DNA of 64,000 nt, taken from positions 256,001 to 320,000 of the forward strand of contig JBFWVL010000001.1 of assembly GCA_050246755.1 (NCBI GenBank), given 5' to 3'. Shown piece after piece: positions 29,212-40,844 of the stretch. Each line of letters opens with the position of its first letter. Position 1 is the first letter of the stretch. Below the pieces are notes generated by a model that was given only the letters and a program-made list of their open reading frames with translations, was not told the DNA's origin and made no database searches. The position numbers and the translations under genes were made by a program. Source of the stretch: Bacteriovoracia bacterium. GTDB lineage: Bacteria > Bdellovibrionota > UBA1018 > CAIPTA01.

Positions 29212-30540
29212 ATGGCAAAGATCAAATCGGTTCACGCGCGCGAAATTCTGGATTCCCGGGGCAACCCCACTCTCGAATGCGATATCACCCTAGACGACGG
29301 CTCCTTCGGCCGCGCCTCCGTTCCGAGTGGCGCTTCCACTGGATCCCGCGAGGCCCTCGAGCTCCGCGACGGAGTGAAAGCCCGCTACCTCGGCAAGGGC
29401 GTGCAGAAAGCCGTGGAAAACGTGAATAAGGTTCTCGGCCCCGCTATTTTAAACAAAGAAGCCGATTTCCGCGCCCTGGATAAAATCATGATCGAGCTCG
29501 ACGGCACCGACATGAAGAAAAAATACGGCGCTAATGCCCTGCTCGGCGTCTCGATGGCGGTATGCCGGGCCGCGGCCGTGAGCAAAAAAATCACTCTGCA
29601 TAAATTTTTGGAAAACGCCTACTACGATAATTTCCTCGGCAGCAAGGAGCCAGCGCCTTACCGCGGCGTTACGCTCCCCACTCCGATGATGAATATCATC
29701 AACGGCGGCAAGCACGCCGACAACAACCTTTCCATCCAGGAGTTCATGATCCTCCCCTCGGTAGGACGCACCTTCAAGGATTCGCTCCGCGCGGGCGTTG
29801 AGATTTTCCATAACCTGAAAAACGTGCTCCACGAGAAAAAGCTTTCCACCAACGTGGGCGATGAGGGCGGATTCGCGCCCATGCTCGAATCCAACGATCA
29901 GGCCTTCGAAGTGATCCTCGACGCCATCGGACGCGCGGGCTACCGGCCCGGCCAAGACGTGTACCTCGCCCTCGACTGCGCTGCTTCAGAATTCCGTCTG
30001 GAGAACGGCACCTACGATATGAAAGGTTCCGGCCAACCCCCGATGAACTCGGCGGCCCTCGTGAAGTACTATGCGGACCTATGCATGAAGTACCCGATCG
30101 TGAGCATTGAGGACGGCCTCGACGAAAGCGACTGGGACGGATGGAAATTACTCACCCAAGAGCTTGGCAAAAAAATCATGCTCGTGGGCGACGATCTCTT
30201 CGTGACGAACGAGAAAATCCTGCAAAAAGGCATAGACCAAAAGACCGCCAACTCCATCCTGATCAAGATCAATCAGATCGGAACGATCTCGGAAACCCTG
30301 CAGACGATCGCCCTCGCCCGCAGCGCCCACTACAATACCGTGATCTCCCACCGCAGCGGCGAAACCGAGGACACCTTCCTCGCGGATTTGGCCGTGGCCA
30401 CCGATTCCGGGCTCGTAAAAACGGGCTCGGCTTCCCGGGGCGAGCGGATGGCGAAGTATAACCAGCTCCTCCGCGTGGAAGAAGAACTGGGCGATAAGGC
30501 CCGTTTCAATGGGCTGCAGTCCCTGGGAATGAAGTTTTGA
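29212..30540 (+). CDS. eno: Enolase
   Basis: [11 protein letters not shown]; VPSGASTG; VGDEGGFAP; VGDDLFVTN; SHRSGETED; AKYNQLLR. Confidence 0.98.
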   Translation: MAKIKSVHAREILDSRGNPTLECDITLDDGSFGRASVPSGASTGSREALELRDGVKARYLGKGVQKAVENVNKVLGPAILNKEADFRALDKIMIELDGTDMKKKYGANALLGVSMAVCRAAAVSKKITLHKFLENAYYDNFLGSKEPAPYRGVTLPTPMMNIINGGKHADNNLSIQEFMILPSVGRTFKDSLRAGVEIFHNLKNVLHEKKLSTNVGDEGGFAPMLESNDQAFEVILDAIGRAGYRPGQDVYLALDCAASEFRLENGTYDMKGSGQPPMNSAALVKYYADLCMKYPIVSIEDGLDESDWDGWKLLTQELGKKIMLVGDDLFVTNEKILQKGIDQKTANSILIKINQIGTISETLQTIALARSAHYNTVISHRSGETEDTFLADLAVATDSGLVKTGSASRGERMAKYNQLLRVEEELGDKARFNGLQSLGMKF

Positions 30541-30800
30541 AACTAGGTTATTTCTTTCTCGCCGCCTTCGCGGTATCGGTGGGCATCGTGATTTTCGGGG
30601 AAGCGGGCCTGCTTTCCGCCTACCGGGCAAGCCAGAACAACGCTCGCCTCGAAGCCCGAGTGGATAGCCTGCAAAGCGAAAATGCGCAGCTCCTGCACGA
30701 TATCGAATCGGTGCAGAAGAACTCCCGGAAGCTCGAGCATACGATTCGCTCCAGCCTCTCGCTGGTGGGTCCCGACGAAATGGTTTTTGAGTTTCAGTGA
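30537..30800 (+). CDS. ftsB: Septum formation initiator FtsB/DivIC
   Basis: TM + FGEAG + coiled coil + LE..IR..L.LV.PDE.VF; canonical eno-ftsB order. Confidence 0.8.
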   Translation: MKLGYFFLAAFAVSVGIVIFGEAGLLSAYRASQNNARLEARVDSLQSENAQLLHDIESVQKNSRKLEHTIRSSLSLVGPDEMVFEFQ

Positions 30801-30807
30801 GGTTTGA

Positions 30808-31815
30808 TTGAAAACATTGATCGTAACCGGCGCAGCAGGCTTCATCGGCTGCAATTTCGTGCGCCTCGCCCTGAGCCGCGGCTACCGCGTGGTGGGTTTC
30901 GACGCGCTCACCTACGCTGGCCACCGCGAAAATCTAGAAGGCGTTACCGGTGAGTTCGAGCTCGTGGTGGGCGATATCCGTGATGCTTCCGCGGTGAAAG
31001 ATTTATTCGCGAAATATAAGCCCAGCGCCTTCCTGAACTTCGCGGCGGAATCCCACGTGGACCGCTCGATCGCGGAACCCTTGGTGTTCGTGGAGACGAA
31101 CGTGATGGGCACCGCGAACCTGCTCGTGCACAGCGTGGACTACTGGAAGAAGAATCCCGATTTCCGTTACCTTCAGGTTTCCACCGACGAAGTATACGGC
31201 GCCCTCGGCGAAACCGGAAAATTCTCGGAAAAAACTCCGGTAAATCCTCACTCGCCTTATTCCGCCTCGAAAACCGGCGCCGACCATTTAGTGCATGCCT
31301 GGCAAAACACCTACGGCCTGCCCACGATCACCACGCGCTGCTCGAATAACTACGGCCCGTTCCAGTATCCCGAGAAACTTATTCCTCACCTCGTCAATTG
31401 CGCGCTCGCGGGCAAGCCTTTGCCGGTATACGGCGATGGGAAAAACGTGCGCGACTGGATCCACGTGGAAGACCATTGCGCCGGCATTCTCGCTGCCTTG
31501 GAAAAAGGCAAAACCGGCGAAACCTATTGCCTCGGGGGAAATGCCGAACGCCGCAATATCGATCTCGTGAAACAAATGTGCGCCGAGCTAGACCAGCTAC
31601 GCCCGAGGAAAGACGGAAAATCCTATGGCGAACAAATCACCTTCGTGAAGGATAGGGCCGGTCACGATTTCCGTTACGCCATCGACGATTCCTACGCGGC
31701 CAAAGAAATCGGCTTTACGCGTAAGCATTCCTTCGATTCCGGCCTACGCTCCACGATTCAATGGTACCTCGCTCACGAAAGCTGGAGCGCCCAGGTACTG
31801 AAAGGAAAAAAATGA
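30808..31815 (+). CDS. rmlB: dTDP-glucose 4,6-dehydratase
   Basis: TGAAGFIG; LTYAG; [11 protein letters not shown]; VSTDEVYG; PYSASK; CSNNYGP; [12 protein letters not shown]. Confidence 0.95.
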   Translation: MKTLIVTGAAGFIGCNFVRLALSRGYRVVGFDALTYAGHRENLEGVTGEFELVVGDIRDASAVKDLFAKYKPSAFLNFAAESHVDRSIAEPLVFVETNVMGTANLLVHSVDYWKKNPDFRYLQVSTDEVYGALGETGKFSEKTPVNPHSPYSASKTGADHLVHAWQNTYGLPTITTRCSNNYGPFQYPEKLIPHLVNCALAGKPLPVYGDGKNVRDWIHVEDHCAGILAALEKGKTGETYCLGGNAERRNIDLVKQMCAELDQLRPRKDGKSYGEQITFVKDRAGHDFRYAIDDSYAAKEIGFTRKHSFDSGLRSTIQWYLAHESWSAQVLKGKK

Positions 31816-32693
31816 AGGGCATCATCCTCGCGGGAGGAAGCGGCACTCGTCTCTATCCCGTAACGAACGCGATCTCCAAGCAGCTCCTGCCGATCTACAA
31901 TAAGCCCACGATCTATTATCCGCTCTCGGTGCTGATGCTCGCCGGTATCCAAGAAATCCTGGTGATCTCCACGCCCCGCGATCTGCCGCTCATTAAAAAC
32001 CTGCTCGGCAGCGGTTCCGCATTCGGCGTGAAATTTTCCTACGCCGAGCAACCCAAACCCGCCGGAATCGCGCAGGCCTTCGTAATCGGGGCGGATTTCA
32101 TCGGCCAAGATTCAGTCTGCCTCATCCTCGGCGATAATATCTTCCACGGCATGGAGCTCACCCAGCTCCTCGAGGAAAGCGCCGGCCTAAAGAAAGGCGG
32201 TGAGGTATACGCCTACCGCGTGCAGGATCCGGAACGTTACGGCGTGGTGGAATTCGGCAAGAATGGCCAGGCCGTGAGCATCGAAGAAAAACCCAAAACC
32301 CCGAAATCCCACTGGGCGGTTACGGGCCTCTATTTCTACGACAACGGGGTGGTATCGATCGCCAAGAACCTCCAACCCTCGGCGCGAGGCGAGCTCGAAA
32401 TCACCGATATCAATAAAATCTACCTGGAAAAAAACCAGCTGAAGGTAAGGCCCTTCGGCCGCGGCGTGGCCTGGCTCGATACCGGCACCTTTGATTCACT
32501 CATCTCCTCTTCGCTCTTCGTGCAAACCATCGAGCAGAGAACCGGCTTGATGGTGGGCTGCCCGGAAGAGATCGCTTTCCATAAAGGCTTCATCGATCGC
32601 GCGGGCCTCCAAGCCGCGGCCGACAAACATTCCAAGAGCGAGTACGGAAAGTATCTGCTGAATCTTCTCCAGGACACCGAGGCCCAGCCATGA
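31812..32693 (+). CDS. rmlA: Glucose-1-phosphate thymidylyltransferase
   Basis: [15 protein letters not shown]; LILGDNIF; EEKP; RGELEITD; WLDTGT. Confidence 0.96.
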   Translation: MKGIILAGGSGTRLYPVTNAISKQLLPIYNKPTIYYPLSVLMLAGIQEILVISTPRDLPLIKNLLGSGSAFGVKFSYAEQPKPAGIAQAFVIGADFIGQDSVCLILGDNIFHGMELTQLLEESAGLKKGGEVYAYRVQDPERYGVVEFGKNGQAVSIEEKPKTPKSHWAVTGLYFYDNGVVSIAKNLQPSARGELEITDINKIYLEKNQLKVRPFGRGVAWLDTGTFDSLISSSLFVQTIEQRTGLMVGCPEEIAFHKGFIDRAGLQAAADKHSKSEYGKYLLNLLQDTEAQP

Positions 32694-33232
32694 ACGCAAA
32701 AACTACTCCCATCGAGGGTTTGCTGCTCGTAGAGCCCCGCGTTTTCCGCGATGACCGCGGTTTTTTCTCCGAGCGTTTCCGCGAAGATAAGCTCGCCGAG
32801 ATCGGCATCCACGAAAAATTCGTGCAGGACAATCATTCCCGCTCGGCGCCGCGCGTGCTGCGTGGGCTGCACTTCCAAACGAACCCCAAGCAGGGAAAAC
32901 TCGTGAGCGTGGTGCGCGGAAGAATCTGGGATGTGGCCGTGGATTTACGCAAAGGCTCTTCCACCTACGGAAAATATTTCGGCGTGGAACTGAACGATAC
33001 CCTCTGCAATTCCCTCTGGGTGCCCTATGGCTTCGCCCATGGCTTCTGCGTGCTGGGCGATGAACCGGCCGACGTATTCTATAAAGTAACCGGCGTGTAT
33101 AACGCGCTCGCCGAGGGCGGCTTGCGCTGGGACGATCCCCAGGTGGCCGTTCAGTGGCCGATAGAAAATCCGCTGATCTCTCCCCGCGATTCCGCCCTGC
33201 CCGGCTTTCGCCAAACCGCTCCGCTCACCTAA
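32690..33232 (+). CDS. rmlC: dTDP-4-dehydrorhamnose 3,5-epimerase
   Basis: D.RGFF; FVQDNHSRS; LRGLHFQ; DVAVDLR..S.T; FAHGF. Confidence 0.95.
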   Translation: MNAKTTPIEGLLLVEPRVFRDDRGFFSERFREDKLAEIGIHEKFVQDNHSRSAPRVLRGLHFQTNPKQGKLVSVVRGRIWDVAVDLRKGSSTYGKYFGVELNDTLCNSLWVPYGFAHGFCVLGDEPADVFYKVTGVYNALAEGGLRWDDPQVAVQWPIENPLISPRDSALPGFRQTAPLT

Positions 33233-33234
33233 GC

Positions 33235-33900
33235 ATGCCGCAAATCGGAACTTACCCAGGCAGCCACGAATACTATTCGGTGATTCGGAAAGAGATCATG
33301 GATCTTCTGCCCCAGCACGCCGGCCGCATGCTGGATGTGGGCTGCGCCTATGGAGCCACCGGCGCCTTCCTCAAGCAGAAAGGCATCGTGGATCAAGTGT
33401 ACGGAGTGGAGTTTGAGCCCAGCGCGGCGGCCGAGGCGCGGAAACACCTCGATAAAGTGTGGCAACACGACCTCAACGCCAACCGCACCCTGCCTGAAGA
33501 TCTCGCGCGCGAGAAATTCGACCTCATTCTCTGCTCGCACGTGCTGGAGCATTTGATTGATCCTTGGTCTCTACTGCGCCAGCTGAACGCGATCACCGTG
33601 CCCGGCGGCCGGATCGTGGCGGCGGTGCCCAATATCCGGCATTTTCGCGCCCTGTTCCCGCTTTTTTTTCGCGGTGATTTTACCTATACCGATGCGGGCA
33701 CGATGGACGAAGGGCATTTGCGCTTCTTCACCAAAAAAACCTTCTGCACGCTCCTCGAGAGCTCGGGATATAAAATCGTGCGCGTGGCCGATCAGGGTCG
33801 GGATCCGGGCACCAAGGCGAAGCTGCTCGATCAGCTCACGCTCGGACTATTCAGCGAGTTCCTCGACTACCAATACATGATCTGGGCGGAAAAAGTTTAG
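33235..33900 (+). CDS. Class I SAM-dependent methyltransferase (glycan-cluster type)
   Basis: LDVGCAYG; FDLILCSHVLEHL.DP; VPN; D.GHLRFFT. Confidence 0.85.
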   Translation: MPQIGTYPGSHEYYSVIRKEIMDLLPQHAGRMLDVGCAYGATGAFLKQKGIVDQVYGVEFEPSAAAEARKHLDKVWQHDLNANRTLPEDLAREKFDLILCSHVLEHLIDPWSLLRQLNAITVPGGRIVAAVPNIRHFRALFPLFFRGDFTYTDAGTMDEGHLRFFTKKTFCTLLESSGYKIVRVADQGRDPGTKAKLLDQLTLGLFSEFLDYQYMIWAEKV

Positions 33901-34925
33901 CGCCCCAGCTTGAGCCCGCAGGCCGAGCAAAGAAAACGAAATAGACCATTCAGAATCACCCGACCCGATTCGTCGCTGCCGCGGTAGGAACCCGAAAGCA
34001 ACGGCAAGATATCACGGTCGTGGCGCTTACGATTCTTCTGGATCGCTTGGCGGCAGTTCCAGATATGTCCAGGATCCACCACCAGCCAAGCCCAGGCGTG
34101 GAGCTTCGCGCCCCGCTGCTTCCCGAACGCGAGCTTAAAAAGATTATCGAGAAATAGCGCCGGCAGGGCGCAGAGCAAATTCGGGATGGAAAGATAGCAA
34201 AGGTAGTTGATCCAGCGGTTTCTCTCGGTGAAATAGGCCGTTTTATAAGCGATGCGCCGGGTGGACCCCCCATCGAAGGAAACCCCCCGGGATTTCTCCG
34301 CGAGCAAAACCCGGTGTCCTTCCAACCAGGCGCGCCAGCCGAGCGCCACGTCTTCCTGGTACACGAAATAGTCTTCGTCGTAGGGCACGGGAAAAACGCG
34401 TTTGTCGAAAAGAAAGGCACTGCCATCGGGGTGAAAGAGATTTCTGTTCCTGCGCCAGCCCGGAACGCGCACGATCCGCGCCCAAAAATTTAGATTACAC
34501 CCGAGCGGATCAGAAAAACCGGGGCGTTCAATCAGCGACCCAACGATCACAGAGGAGCGTTCGGTGGCCTCGGCCTCGAAGACCGATAGAAGCTCCACGA
34601 GCCAGCGCGCTTCGGGAATATTGTCGTTGTTCATTACGGCCACGAGGGGATACTGGGCGGCGGCCGCTCCCGCGTTCACCGCGCCGGCGTAACCCAGCTG
34701 CCGTTCAAATTTTAGGTAGCGGAGATTGGGAAAATACTCCCGGTGCCGGTTCGCCACCGCTTCAGTATCGGCGTTTACCACGCCGTTATCGACCACCAGG
34801 ATTTCGTATTCCACGCCCTGCTGCTTGGTGAGCGCTTCGAGCACACGGTCCACGAAGGCGGCCGCGTTCCAGGTGGGGATTACCACGCTTACCGGCTGCT
34901 GGCCCTTGCTCATGTCTTTACCCAT
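33897..34925 (-). CDS. Glycosyltransferase family 2
   Basis: VSVVIPTWN; ILVVDNG; GYAGAVNAG; MNND; YDEDYFVYQEDVALGWR. Confidence 0.88.
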   Translation of the reverse strand: MGKDMSKGQQPVSVVIPTWNAAAFVDRVLEALTKQQGVEYEILVVDNGVVNADTEAVANRHREYFPNLRYLKFERQLGYAGAVNAGAAAAQYPLVAVMNNDNIPEARWLVELLSVFEAEATERSSVIVGSLIERPGFSDPLGCNLNFWARIVRVPGWRRNRNLFHPDGSAFLFDKRVFPVPYDEDYFVYQEDVALGWRAWLEGHRVLLAEKSRGVSFDGGSTRRIAYKTAYFTERNRWINYLCYLSIPNLLCALPALFLDNLFKLAFGKQRGAKLHAWAWLVVDPGHIWNCRQAIQKNRKRHDRDILPLLSGSYRGSDESGRVILNGLFRFLCSACGLKLGR

Positions 34926-34943
34926 ATACGCTTGCCATGATAC

Positions 34944-36245
34944 ATGAAATGTATGGGGAAATCCGCTTTATATCTGTGGTGCGCCGGCCTCGCCATCGTC
35001 ACGTTCGACCTCATCCTCACCTTCGAATTCGGCGGATTCACGATCAAGAGTTATTACTTTTTATTTTTGGCGGCGGCTTCGCTTTTCGCGCTCGAAGAAA
35101 TCCGCGGCGGACGCGTCTGGGATCGCGCACGAGAGCTTTTTCGCCGGCCCTGGGTCTTTGCCTTTCTTCTGTTCGCCTATGAGCTCGGAATGAGCCCATT
35201 TTCCTATGTTCCGAAAAAATCATTCGCCTACTCCGTTTGGCTGCTCTTCGATTTGGTGGTGGTGGCTCTTCCCGGCTATTTTCTCCTGAGCCGCGAAATT
35301 TTTACTTCGCGCAGGGTGGTGACCTTCGCCCTGATGGCCGCCGCCTATTTTCTCGTGGGCATACTGATCGTGGACCTCATCGCCTTTCAATACGGATTTC
35401 TTGGTGGATTCATCGGGTATAACCAAGAGCCGAGCTTGGGTTGGGGAATGTCCCGCGCGCACGCTTTCTCTTTTGAGCCCTCTTATCTTTCGATGTATTT
35501 CAATTTTTCCATGCTGTTTTTGGTGGGAGAGGTCATTTCCCCTAAGCCAAATATTCCTCGGATACCACTCTTCGGTTCCGTGATTCTCCTGCTCGTCGGA
35601 ATTTTTTTATTGGCTTCCCGTACCGGCTGGCTGCTCGTGGGAACCGGTTTAGCGGTACTGCTCTTTCATTCCCGCCATCTGCTCAGACGTAAAGACTTGA
35701 AAAAAGCGGCCCTTGGGATAGCGGCCTTCGTCGTCCTTTTTCTTTTACTCCTTCCCAGTAAACACTATTCCCTCATGGGTAAACATTTAATCTCCACGAT
35801 TTTATCGGGAACTGATGGCTCCGGGAATACGCGCCTCAAAGCGATGAATGAGGCCGCACAAATAAGCCTCGAGACGAAAGGACTCGGCGTGGGCGTGGGG
35901 GCATCCTTTTTTTATTACCTCGCGAAGAATCCGGCGCTGATAACGCCTCACCTGCACGTAACTATGGGAGGCGAAAGCATCATGAGTACCTGGGGACAAA
36001 TCGTGGCGGAATCCGGGCTGCCAGGGACCTTGCTCTACTTCGCTTTCGGCCTCAGTATTATTTTGGCGCTGGTACGAGCCGCCCGCTCCAGCGGCGATGC
36101 CACCGTTACGGCTTCGGCCGTGTCGGCCGTGCTCTTCTTCGGGCTCGCCGCCCATTTGGTGGGAAATTTGGCGCGCACCGACGTTTGGGTCTGGTTCGCG
36201 CTGTGGATGAGCCTTACCGTTAAAACCGAAAGCGCTCATGTCTAG
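34944..36245 (+). CDS. O-antigen ligase/polymerase-like (Wzy_C) membrane protein
   Basis: Multi-TM; RAHAFSFEPSY; ASRTG; SGNTR; LGVGVG; AESGLPG. Confidence 0.7.
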   Translation: MKCMGKSALYLWCAGLAIVTFDLILTFEFGGFTIKSYYFLFLAAASLFALEEIRGGRVWDRARELFRRPWVFAFLLFAYELGMSPFSYVPKKSFAYSVWLLFDLVVVALPGYFLLSREIFTSRRVVTFALMAAAYFLVGILIVDLIAFQYGFLGGFIGYNQEPSLGWGMSRAHAFSFEPSYLSMYFNFSMLFLVGEVISPKPNIPRIPLFGSVILLLVGIFLLASRTGWLLVGTGLAVLLFHSRHLLRRKDLKKAALGIAAFVVLFLLLLPSKHYSLMGKHLISTILSGTDGSGNTRLKAMNEAAQISLETKGLGVGVGASFFYYLAKNPALITPHLHVTMGGESIMSTWGQIVAESGLPGTLLYFAFGLSIILALVRAARSSGDATVTASAVSAVLFFGLAAHLVGNLARTDVWVWFALWMSLTVKTESAHV

Positions 36246-37593
36246 GGTGATCGGCAAAGCCATCTGGAATTCCGCGCTGCTCACGGCGAGTGCGCTGCTC
36301 ACTTCGGCCATGAACTTTCTCACCATCTTCGTGTTCACCCGCTATTTCTCGCAAGAAGATTTCGGCGCCTACGTGAGCTCCCAGGCGAAGGTGGCGCTTT
36401 GGTTATTGCTCGTGGACCTCGGCCTCTACAACGGCGTGATCAGCAGCCTCACCCTCGCCCGTAACGAGCATGGAGAAAATTCTGGCGTCGTTTCCGCCAT
36501 CCTGCGCCGGAGCTTCTCGATTCGCATACTCGGCGCTTTCCTTGGGTTCGTGGTGGTATTGGTATTAGCCAAATCGCACGCAACGGCGAACGGAACCTTC
36601 GATGCCACGCTATTCTGGCGCGATATCGCTTTTTCTCCCGTGCTTTTCGGCTACGCCTGCCAGCAGAATATTACGCCTTACCTCGCCTATCGCGGCCAGC
36701 AGGGACTCAGCGTGGTTACCCAGCTCGCCACGGTGGCGATCACCGCTATTCTCGGGATAATACTCGCGATGCGTGGAGCTTCGGTAACGGCCGTATTGTT
36801 CACGCTGAGCCTCAGCGGCCTAATCGCTTCCGCCTGGCTCTACGGCGCGGTATTTCTCGGTAAACCGCGCGGCACGAAGCCGGAACATATCTCTCCCTGG
36901 AAAATGCTCTTCCTCAACTCTTGGCCCTACGCGCTGATCTTCGCCACCACCACGATCTGGCAACGCCTAGACCAGATTCGCGCGGCAGATCTCTTCGGCC
37001 TGACTTTGGGCGGGGAATACGGGCTCGCCGCGAGACTCGTGGGAATTCCTATTCTGATGGTTTCGGCGGTGTCCATGGCACTCTTTCCCGATTTTCAACG
37101 CACCGGCGTGGACGCTCCGGAAAAATTACGACTCTATATTTCGGTGATGCTCAAGCTTCTGTGGCGTTACGGGCTTTTTCTGGCACTTTTCATCCTGGGC
37201 GGAGTTTCGCTCGTGATGGTCGCGCTCTTCCCTAAGTACGACGCCGCCCTTCATCTCCTGCCCTGGTTCGTGCCGGGAATTTGGGCGTATGGCCTATTCA
37301 ATTTTGCCAATAACGGCTTGCTCGGCACGCGCGGGTTTACCGGGGCGGTGCTCTCCCACCTCGGCGGTCTCGCCGTTTATCTCTTGAGCCTCTACTTTTT
37401 TCCTTTTTGGATCGGGCTCGAGGGCGTGGTGCTGGCCTATGATTTTTTCTGCTTCTCGCTTTTCTTCTTTTCTTACCTCGCGTTGAAAAAAGACGTGCGC
37501 TGGAAAGGAATTTCTCTATTCGGCAGATTCAACGCGGAGGAAAAACTCGTGGTGACCCAAATCCGCGAAAAAATCCTGGGGCGTTTCCGATGA
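36238..37593 (+). CDS. Oligosaccharide flippase (Wzx-like), copy 1
   Basis: Multi-TM; R.FS.EDFG; LVDLGL; WQRLDQI; G.YGLA.RL; ALFP. Confidence 0.8.
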   Translation: MSRVIGKAIWNSALLTASALLTSAMNFLTIFVFTRYFSQEDFGAYVSSQAKVALWLLLVDLGLYNGVISSLTLARNEHGENSGVVSAILRRSFSIRILGAFLGFVVVLVLAKSHATANGTFDATLFWRDIAFSPVLFGYACQQNITPYLAYRGQQGLSVVTQLATVAITAILGIILAMRGASVTAVLFTLSLSGLIASAWLYGAVFLGKPRGTKPEHISPWKMLFLNSWPYALIFATTTIWQRLDQIRAADLFGLTLGGEYGLAARLVGIPILMVSAVSMALFPDFQRTGVDAPEKLRLYISVMLKLLWRYGLFLALFILGGVSLVMVALFPKYDAALHLLPWFVPGIWAYGLFNFANNGLLGTRGFTGAVLSHLGGLAVYLLSLYFFPFWIGLEGVVLAYDFFCFSLFFFSYLALKKDVRWKGISLFGRFNAEEKLVVTQIREKILGRFR

Positions 37594-38543
37594 AGTTTTC
37601 CGTAGCCCTCACCACCTTCCGGAGCGAGGCCTTTCTCGGCGTGCAGCTGGATTCCTTGCTTGGGCAAACCAGAAAGCCCGATGAGCTCGTGGTTTGCGAC
37701 GATGGTTCCACGGATTCGACCATGGCTATTCTGGAAAAATTCCGCGCCAGCGCCCCTTTTCCCGTGCGGATTTTCCGAAATGAAAAAAATTTAGGCTACG
37801 CCCAGAACTTTGCCAAAGCGATCTCGCTCGCCGAAGGGGACTGGATCTTTCTCGCCGACCACGACGATCGCTGGCACGCCGAAAAGCTCGCCCGCTTTGC
37901 CGAAGAGATCCAGCGCCAACCCGGGCTGGCCGCCGTTTTCAGCGATAGCGCATTGGTAGACAGCGCATTGCGCCCCATGGGTTGTAGTCTCTTTTCCGCC
38001 AATCGCTTTCACGATTTCGAGCGGGAATATATTCATCGGGGAGAAGCCTGGCGTACGTTTTTGCGGCACAACGTGGCCGCGGGTCACGCCTTGGCGATAA
38101 GGGCCGATCAGCGTAAGGCTTTTCTGCCTATCCCTCCCGGCTGGGTGCACGACGCTTGGATAGCCACGGTGCTGGCTGCCGCAGGAAAAATGGCGTTCCT
38201 GGAGGATCGCCTGGTGGACTACCGCCAGCACGGCCACCAACATATCGGCGTGATCGCCGGCGGAATATGGCAGCGGCTTCAGGCTCGCTGGAATAGAATC
38301 GGCAGCCGCGCGGCGCTCGCCCAGGAAGCGAAAAACTGGAAAGCGCTCGCCGAAAATCCTTATTGGCAGGAGAAACCCAGCGCGATGCTGGAATTAAGGA
38401 AAAAAATTTCCTGGCTCGAAGGCCGCTCGCGCTTACCGCGCTTTTTTCTCTTCCGCGCGCCTTTCTTGTTTCTTAAGGCGCCGCTCTATTTTCGTTTCGA
38501 CAACGGATGGCAAACCATCCTGAAAGATTTTTTTATTCGCTAG
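37590..38543 (+). CDS. Glycosyltransferase family 2 (rhamnosyltransferase-like)
   Basis: QLDSLL.QT; VVCDDGSTD; NLGY.QNF; FLADHDDRW; HDAWI; YRQH. Confidence 0.88.
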   Translation: MKFSVALTTFRSEAFLGVQLDSLLGQTRKPDELVVCDDGSTDSTMAILEKFRASAPFPVRIFRNEKNLGYAQNFAKAISLAEGDWIFLADHDDRWHAEKLARFAEEIQRQPGLAAVFSDSALVDSALRPMGCSLFSANRFHDFEREYIHRGEAWRTFLRHNVAAGHALAIRADQRKAFLPIPPGWVHDAWIATVLAAAGKMAFLEDRLVDYRQHGHQHIGVIAGGIWQRLQARWNRIGSRAALAQEAKNWKALAENPYWQEKPSAMLELRKKISWLEGRSRLPRFFLFRAPFLFLKAPLYFRFDNGWQTILKDFFIR

Positions 38544-39621
38544 CGAGCAAACGCTCGTATTCGTCCGTCAGCTCGGCGGCCAGCCTCACGATATCGTAGC
38601 GCTCCACCGCTAGCTCCCGAGCCCCGCTGGCGCATTTGCGCCAGGTTTCCGCGTCTTCGAGATCGTGAATGCGCTCGACCCAATCGGGATTCTCCGCGGC
38701 AAGGTAGCCGTTCTCGCCATCGGTAACCATCTCGGCGATTCCGCCCACCGGCGAAGCCACCACGGGCACGCCCGAAAGGCCGGCCTCCACGATCACGGTG
38801 GGTAAAGGATCCTGGCGACTGGGTACGAGCAATACGTCCACTCCCTGCAGGATCTCCTTCACGTCGTTGCGCCGGCCGAGAAACTCAACTTTCTTCCCAA
38901 AGCCCTCAAAGGCCTTCCGGATAGTTTTACCAAAAACCGGATCTGAAACCGCATCGCCCACCAGCAATAGGCGGCAATTCATCCGCTGGTTGCAAGCCCG
39001 TAATATCTCGGGCAAGCGATCCACGCCCTTTCTTTCCGAAAGCTCCCCCACGAATCCCAATGTTAGTTCCCCGCCTTTGCGCTCGGGCCGGGCCTGCCAC
39101 TCATCCACCTTGAATCCGTTATTGAGCACTTTTACTTTCACTGGGCTCACTCCCGATTGCACCAGTGCCAATCGCGTAGCGGCCGAAGGGGCCAGGATCA
39201 GCCGCGCGCCTTTCGCCAGCAAGTTTGCCCACTGATCATTCCAGAATCCCGCCGGCAAGATATCGTGGTGGTGCCATACGACCGGCAATTTCCGGCGCAG
39301 ACTCCAGGCGTAGACCATCGCTTTCAAGCTGGTAGCGTGAAGCACTTCGATTTGCTCTCGCCGGATGATTTTCCCCAGCTTGCTCTCGGTGCTCTTCCAG
39401 GAAACCGCGAGGCTCGGCAGCAGAGAAAAATTGCGGCTGAACTGAATGCTCGGGATCTCGTGGCAGGCGGCAAAGGCGGCCGCGCGCTCCGCATAAGCGC
39501 CGGGCGGAGAGGCGAAATGAACTTCCACGCCCTGCCGGCTAAGCTCCTCCATGAAGGAAAGCGTGCAAATCTCCCCGCCGTAGATGAAGTCTGCCTGATG
39601 GGAAAGAAAAAGTACCTTCAT
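38533..39621 (-). CDS. Glycosyltransferase family 4
   Basis: GGE; FVGELSERKG; PSRQDPLPTVIVEA; PVVAS.VGGIAE.V.DGENG. Confidence 0.88.
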   Translation of the reverse strand: MKVLFLSHQADFIYGGEICTLSFMEELSRQGVEVHFASPPGAYAERAAAFAACHEIPSIQFSRNFSLLPSLAVSWKSTESKLGKIIRREQIEVLHATSLKAMVYAWSLRRKLPVVWHHHDILPAGFWNDQWANLLAKGARLILAPSAATRLALVQSGVSPVKVKVLNNGFKVDEWQARPERKGGELTLGFVGELSERKGVDRLPEILRACNQRMNCRLLLVGDAVSDPVFGKTIRKAFEGFGKKVEFLGRRNDVKEILQGVDVLLVPSRQDPLPTVIVEAGLSGVPVVASPVGGIAEMVTDGENGYLAAENPDWVERIHDLEDAETWRKCASGARELAVERYDIVRLAAELTDEYERLLASE

Positions 39622-40844
39622 GGGTTTACCTGTTTTTTCTTGGCGGCCGAAGCGAAGAAAGTCCAGATCGCGTACCAGACCCAGACGTAGGCGCCGTAGG
39701 GATTTTCCACGTAGTGGCTAACGAAGAACAAAAAAACCGCCACCGAAATCAGGCTTACGTTAGAAACGATCACCCGCGGCGCACGGCGCACGCGATAAAG
39801 ACTGAGCCCCAACGATAAAAAGAAGGCGCCATATAGAACTAGCCCTACTACTCCCGCCTCGGCCAGCACGCGCGGCCAAACTCCGCGGATGCTCGTGAGC
39901 CCCAAACCCTCTCCGAGAAATTTGGAACGCACTAAGATCTCCACCGCCGGCGCCACCGAAGTTTTCATCCGCGATTCCATCAGCTGTTGCGCATACCGCA
40001 GGCCAAGCAGCCAAAGCCCGTTCGACTTCAGAAAGGCCATGATCGCGACCATCAGCGCGGCGGCCAACGCGGCCAACGGCGCGGCGAGAAAGAGCACGCG
40101 GCGCCAAGGCATTTGCTTGTACACGAAGAGCGCCACCACGCTCGCCAGCGCGAAGGCCAGCGATGCCTGATAGAAGTGCCGGGCGATCAACAGCGTGGAA
40201 GCCGCGCCGAGCATCATCGTCAGGCCCGTAAGCCAAGGAGGAAGCAGGCGCCGGCCTCGCTTAAGAAAATCCCAGATCAGGAAGGGAAAGCCGATGGTAA
40301 AAAATAAGAAGAGATTGGCCTGTTCATCGATAAGCAGGCCGAAGGGAAGTTGAGGGAAAAATAAGTGCGCGAGGGTGCTTAGGAGCAGCAGACCCACGGT
40401 TACGCTATAAAAGAAAAAAGCCAGACGCAGGCGGGCGGGCAGTAAAATCACGCCCTGGGTACCGCGCTCGCAGAAAATAAACTGCGCGGCCACTCCTACG
40501 GTGAAAAGTGAAAGCCAGCCATTCGTGGCGTAAAGCAGCGAAGCCATGGGATCGGCGGTGAAGGGCGAAAATACGCTGATCCAGAGAAAATAAAGCAGCA
40601 GGAATTTCCAGGGGCTGTAGATGATACTGTCGTGCAAGCGGTAGAGAAAAATCCGGCTGCCGAATTCGCGCTTTTCCGCCCAGAAGGCGGCGGCCGTGGC
40701 CGCGGCGAAAAATAAGTAGCTCAGCGAAACGCGTTTGCCGTCGACCTGCACGGCTAAAAAATCGAGCGCGATCACGACGAGCCCGAAGCACCAGCTCCAG
40801 CAGGCCACGTCGCGCAGAAATTTCGTGAATCGCAACGAGTTCAC
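39618..40844 (-). CDS. Degenerate O-antigen ligase/polymerase-like membrane protein
   Basis: Multi-TM; LGEGLG and VLAEAGVVGLVLY resemble the C-terminal part of 34944..36245; GTG start overlaps the wzx stop (GTGA). Confidence 0.55.
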   Translation of the reverse strand: MNSLRFTKFLRDVACWSWCFGLVVIALDFLAVQVDGKRVSLSYLFFAAATAAAFWAEKREFGSRIFLYRLHDSIIYSPWKFLLLYFLWISVFSPFTADPMASLLYATNGWLSLFTVGVAAQFIFCERGTQGVILLPARLRLAFFFYSVTVGLLLLSTLAHLFFPQLPFGLLIDEQANLFLFFTIGFPFLIWDFLKRGRRLLPPWLTGLTMMLGAASTLLIARHFYQASLAFALASVVALFVYKQMPWRRVLFLAAPLAALAAALMVAIMAFLKSNGLWLLGLRYAQQLMESRMKTSVAPAVEILVRSKFLGEGLGLTSIRGVWPRVLAEAGVVGLVLYGAFFLSLGLSLYRVRRAPRVIVSNVSLISVAVFLFFVSHYVENPYGAYVWVWYAIWTFFASAAKKKQVNP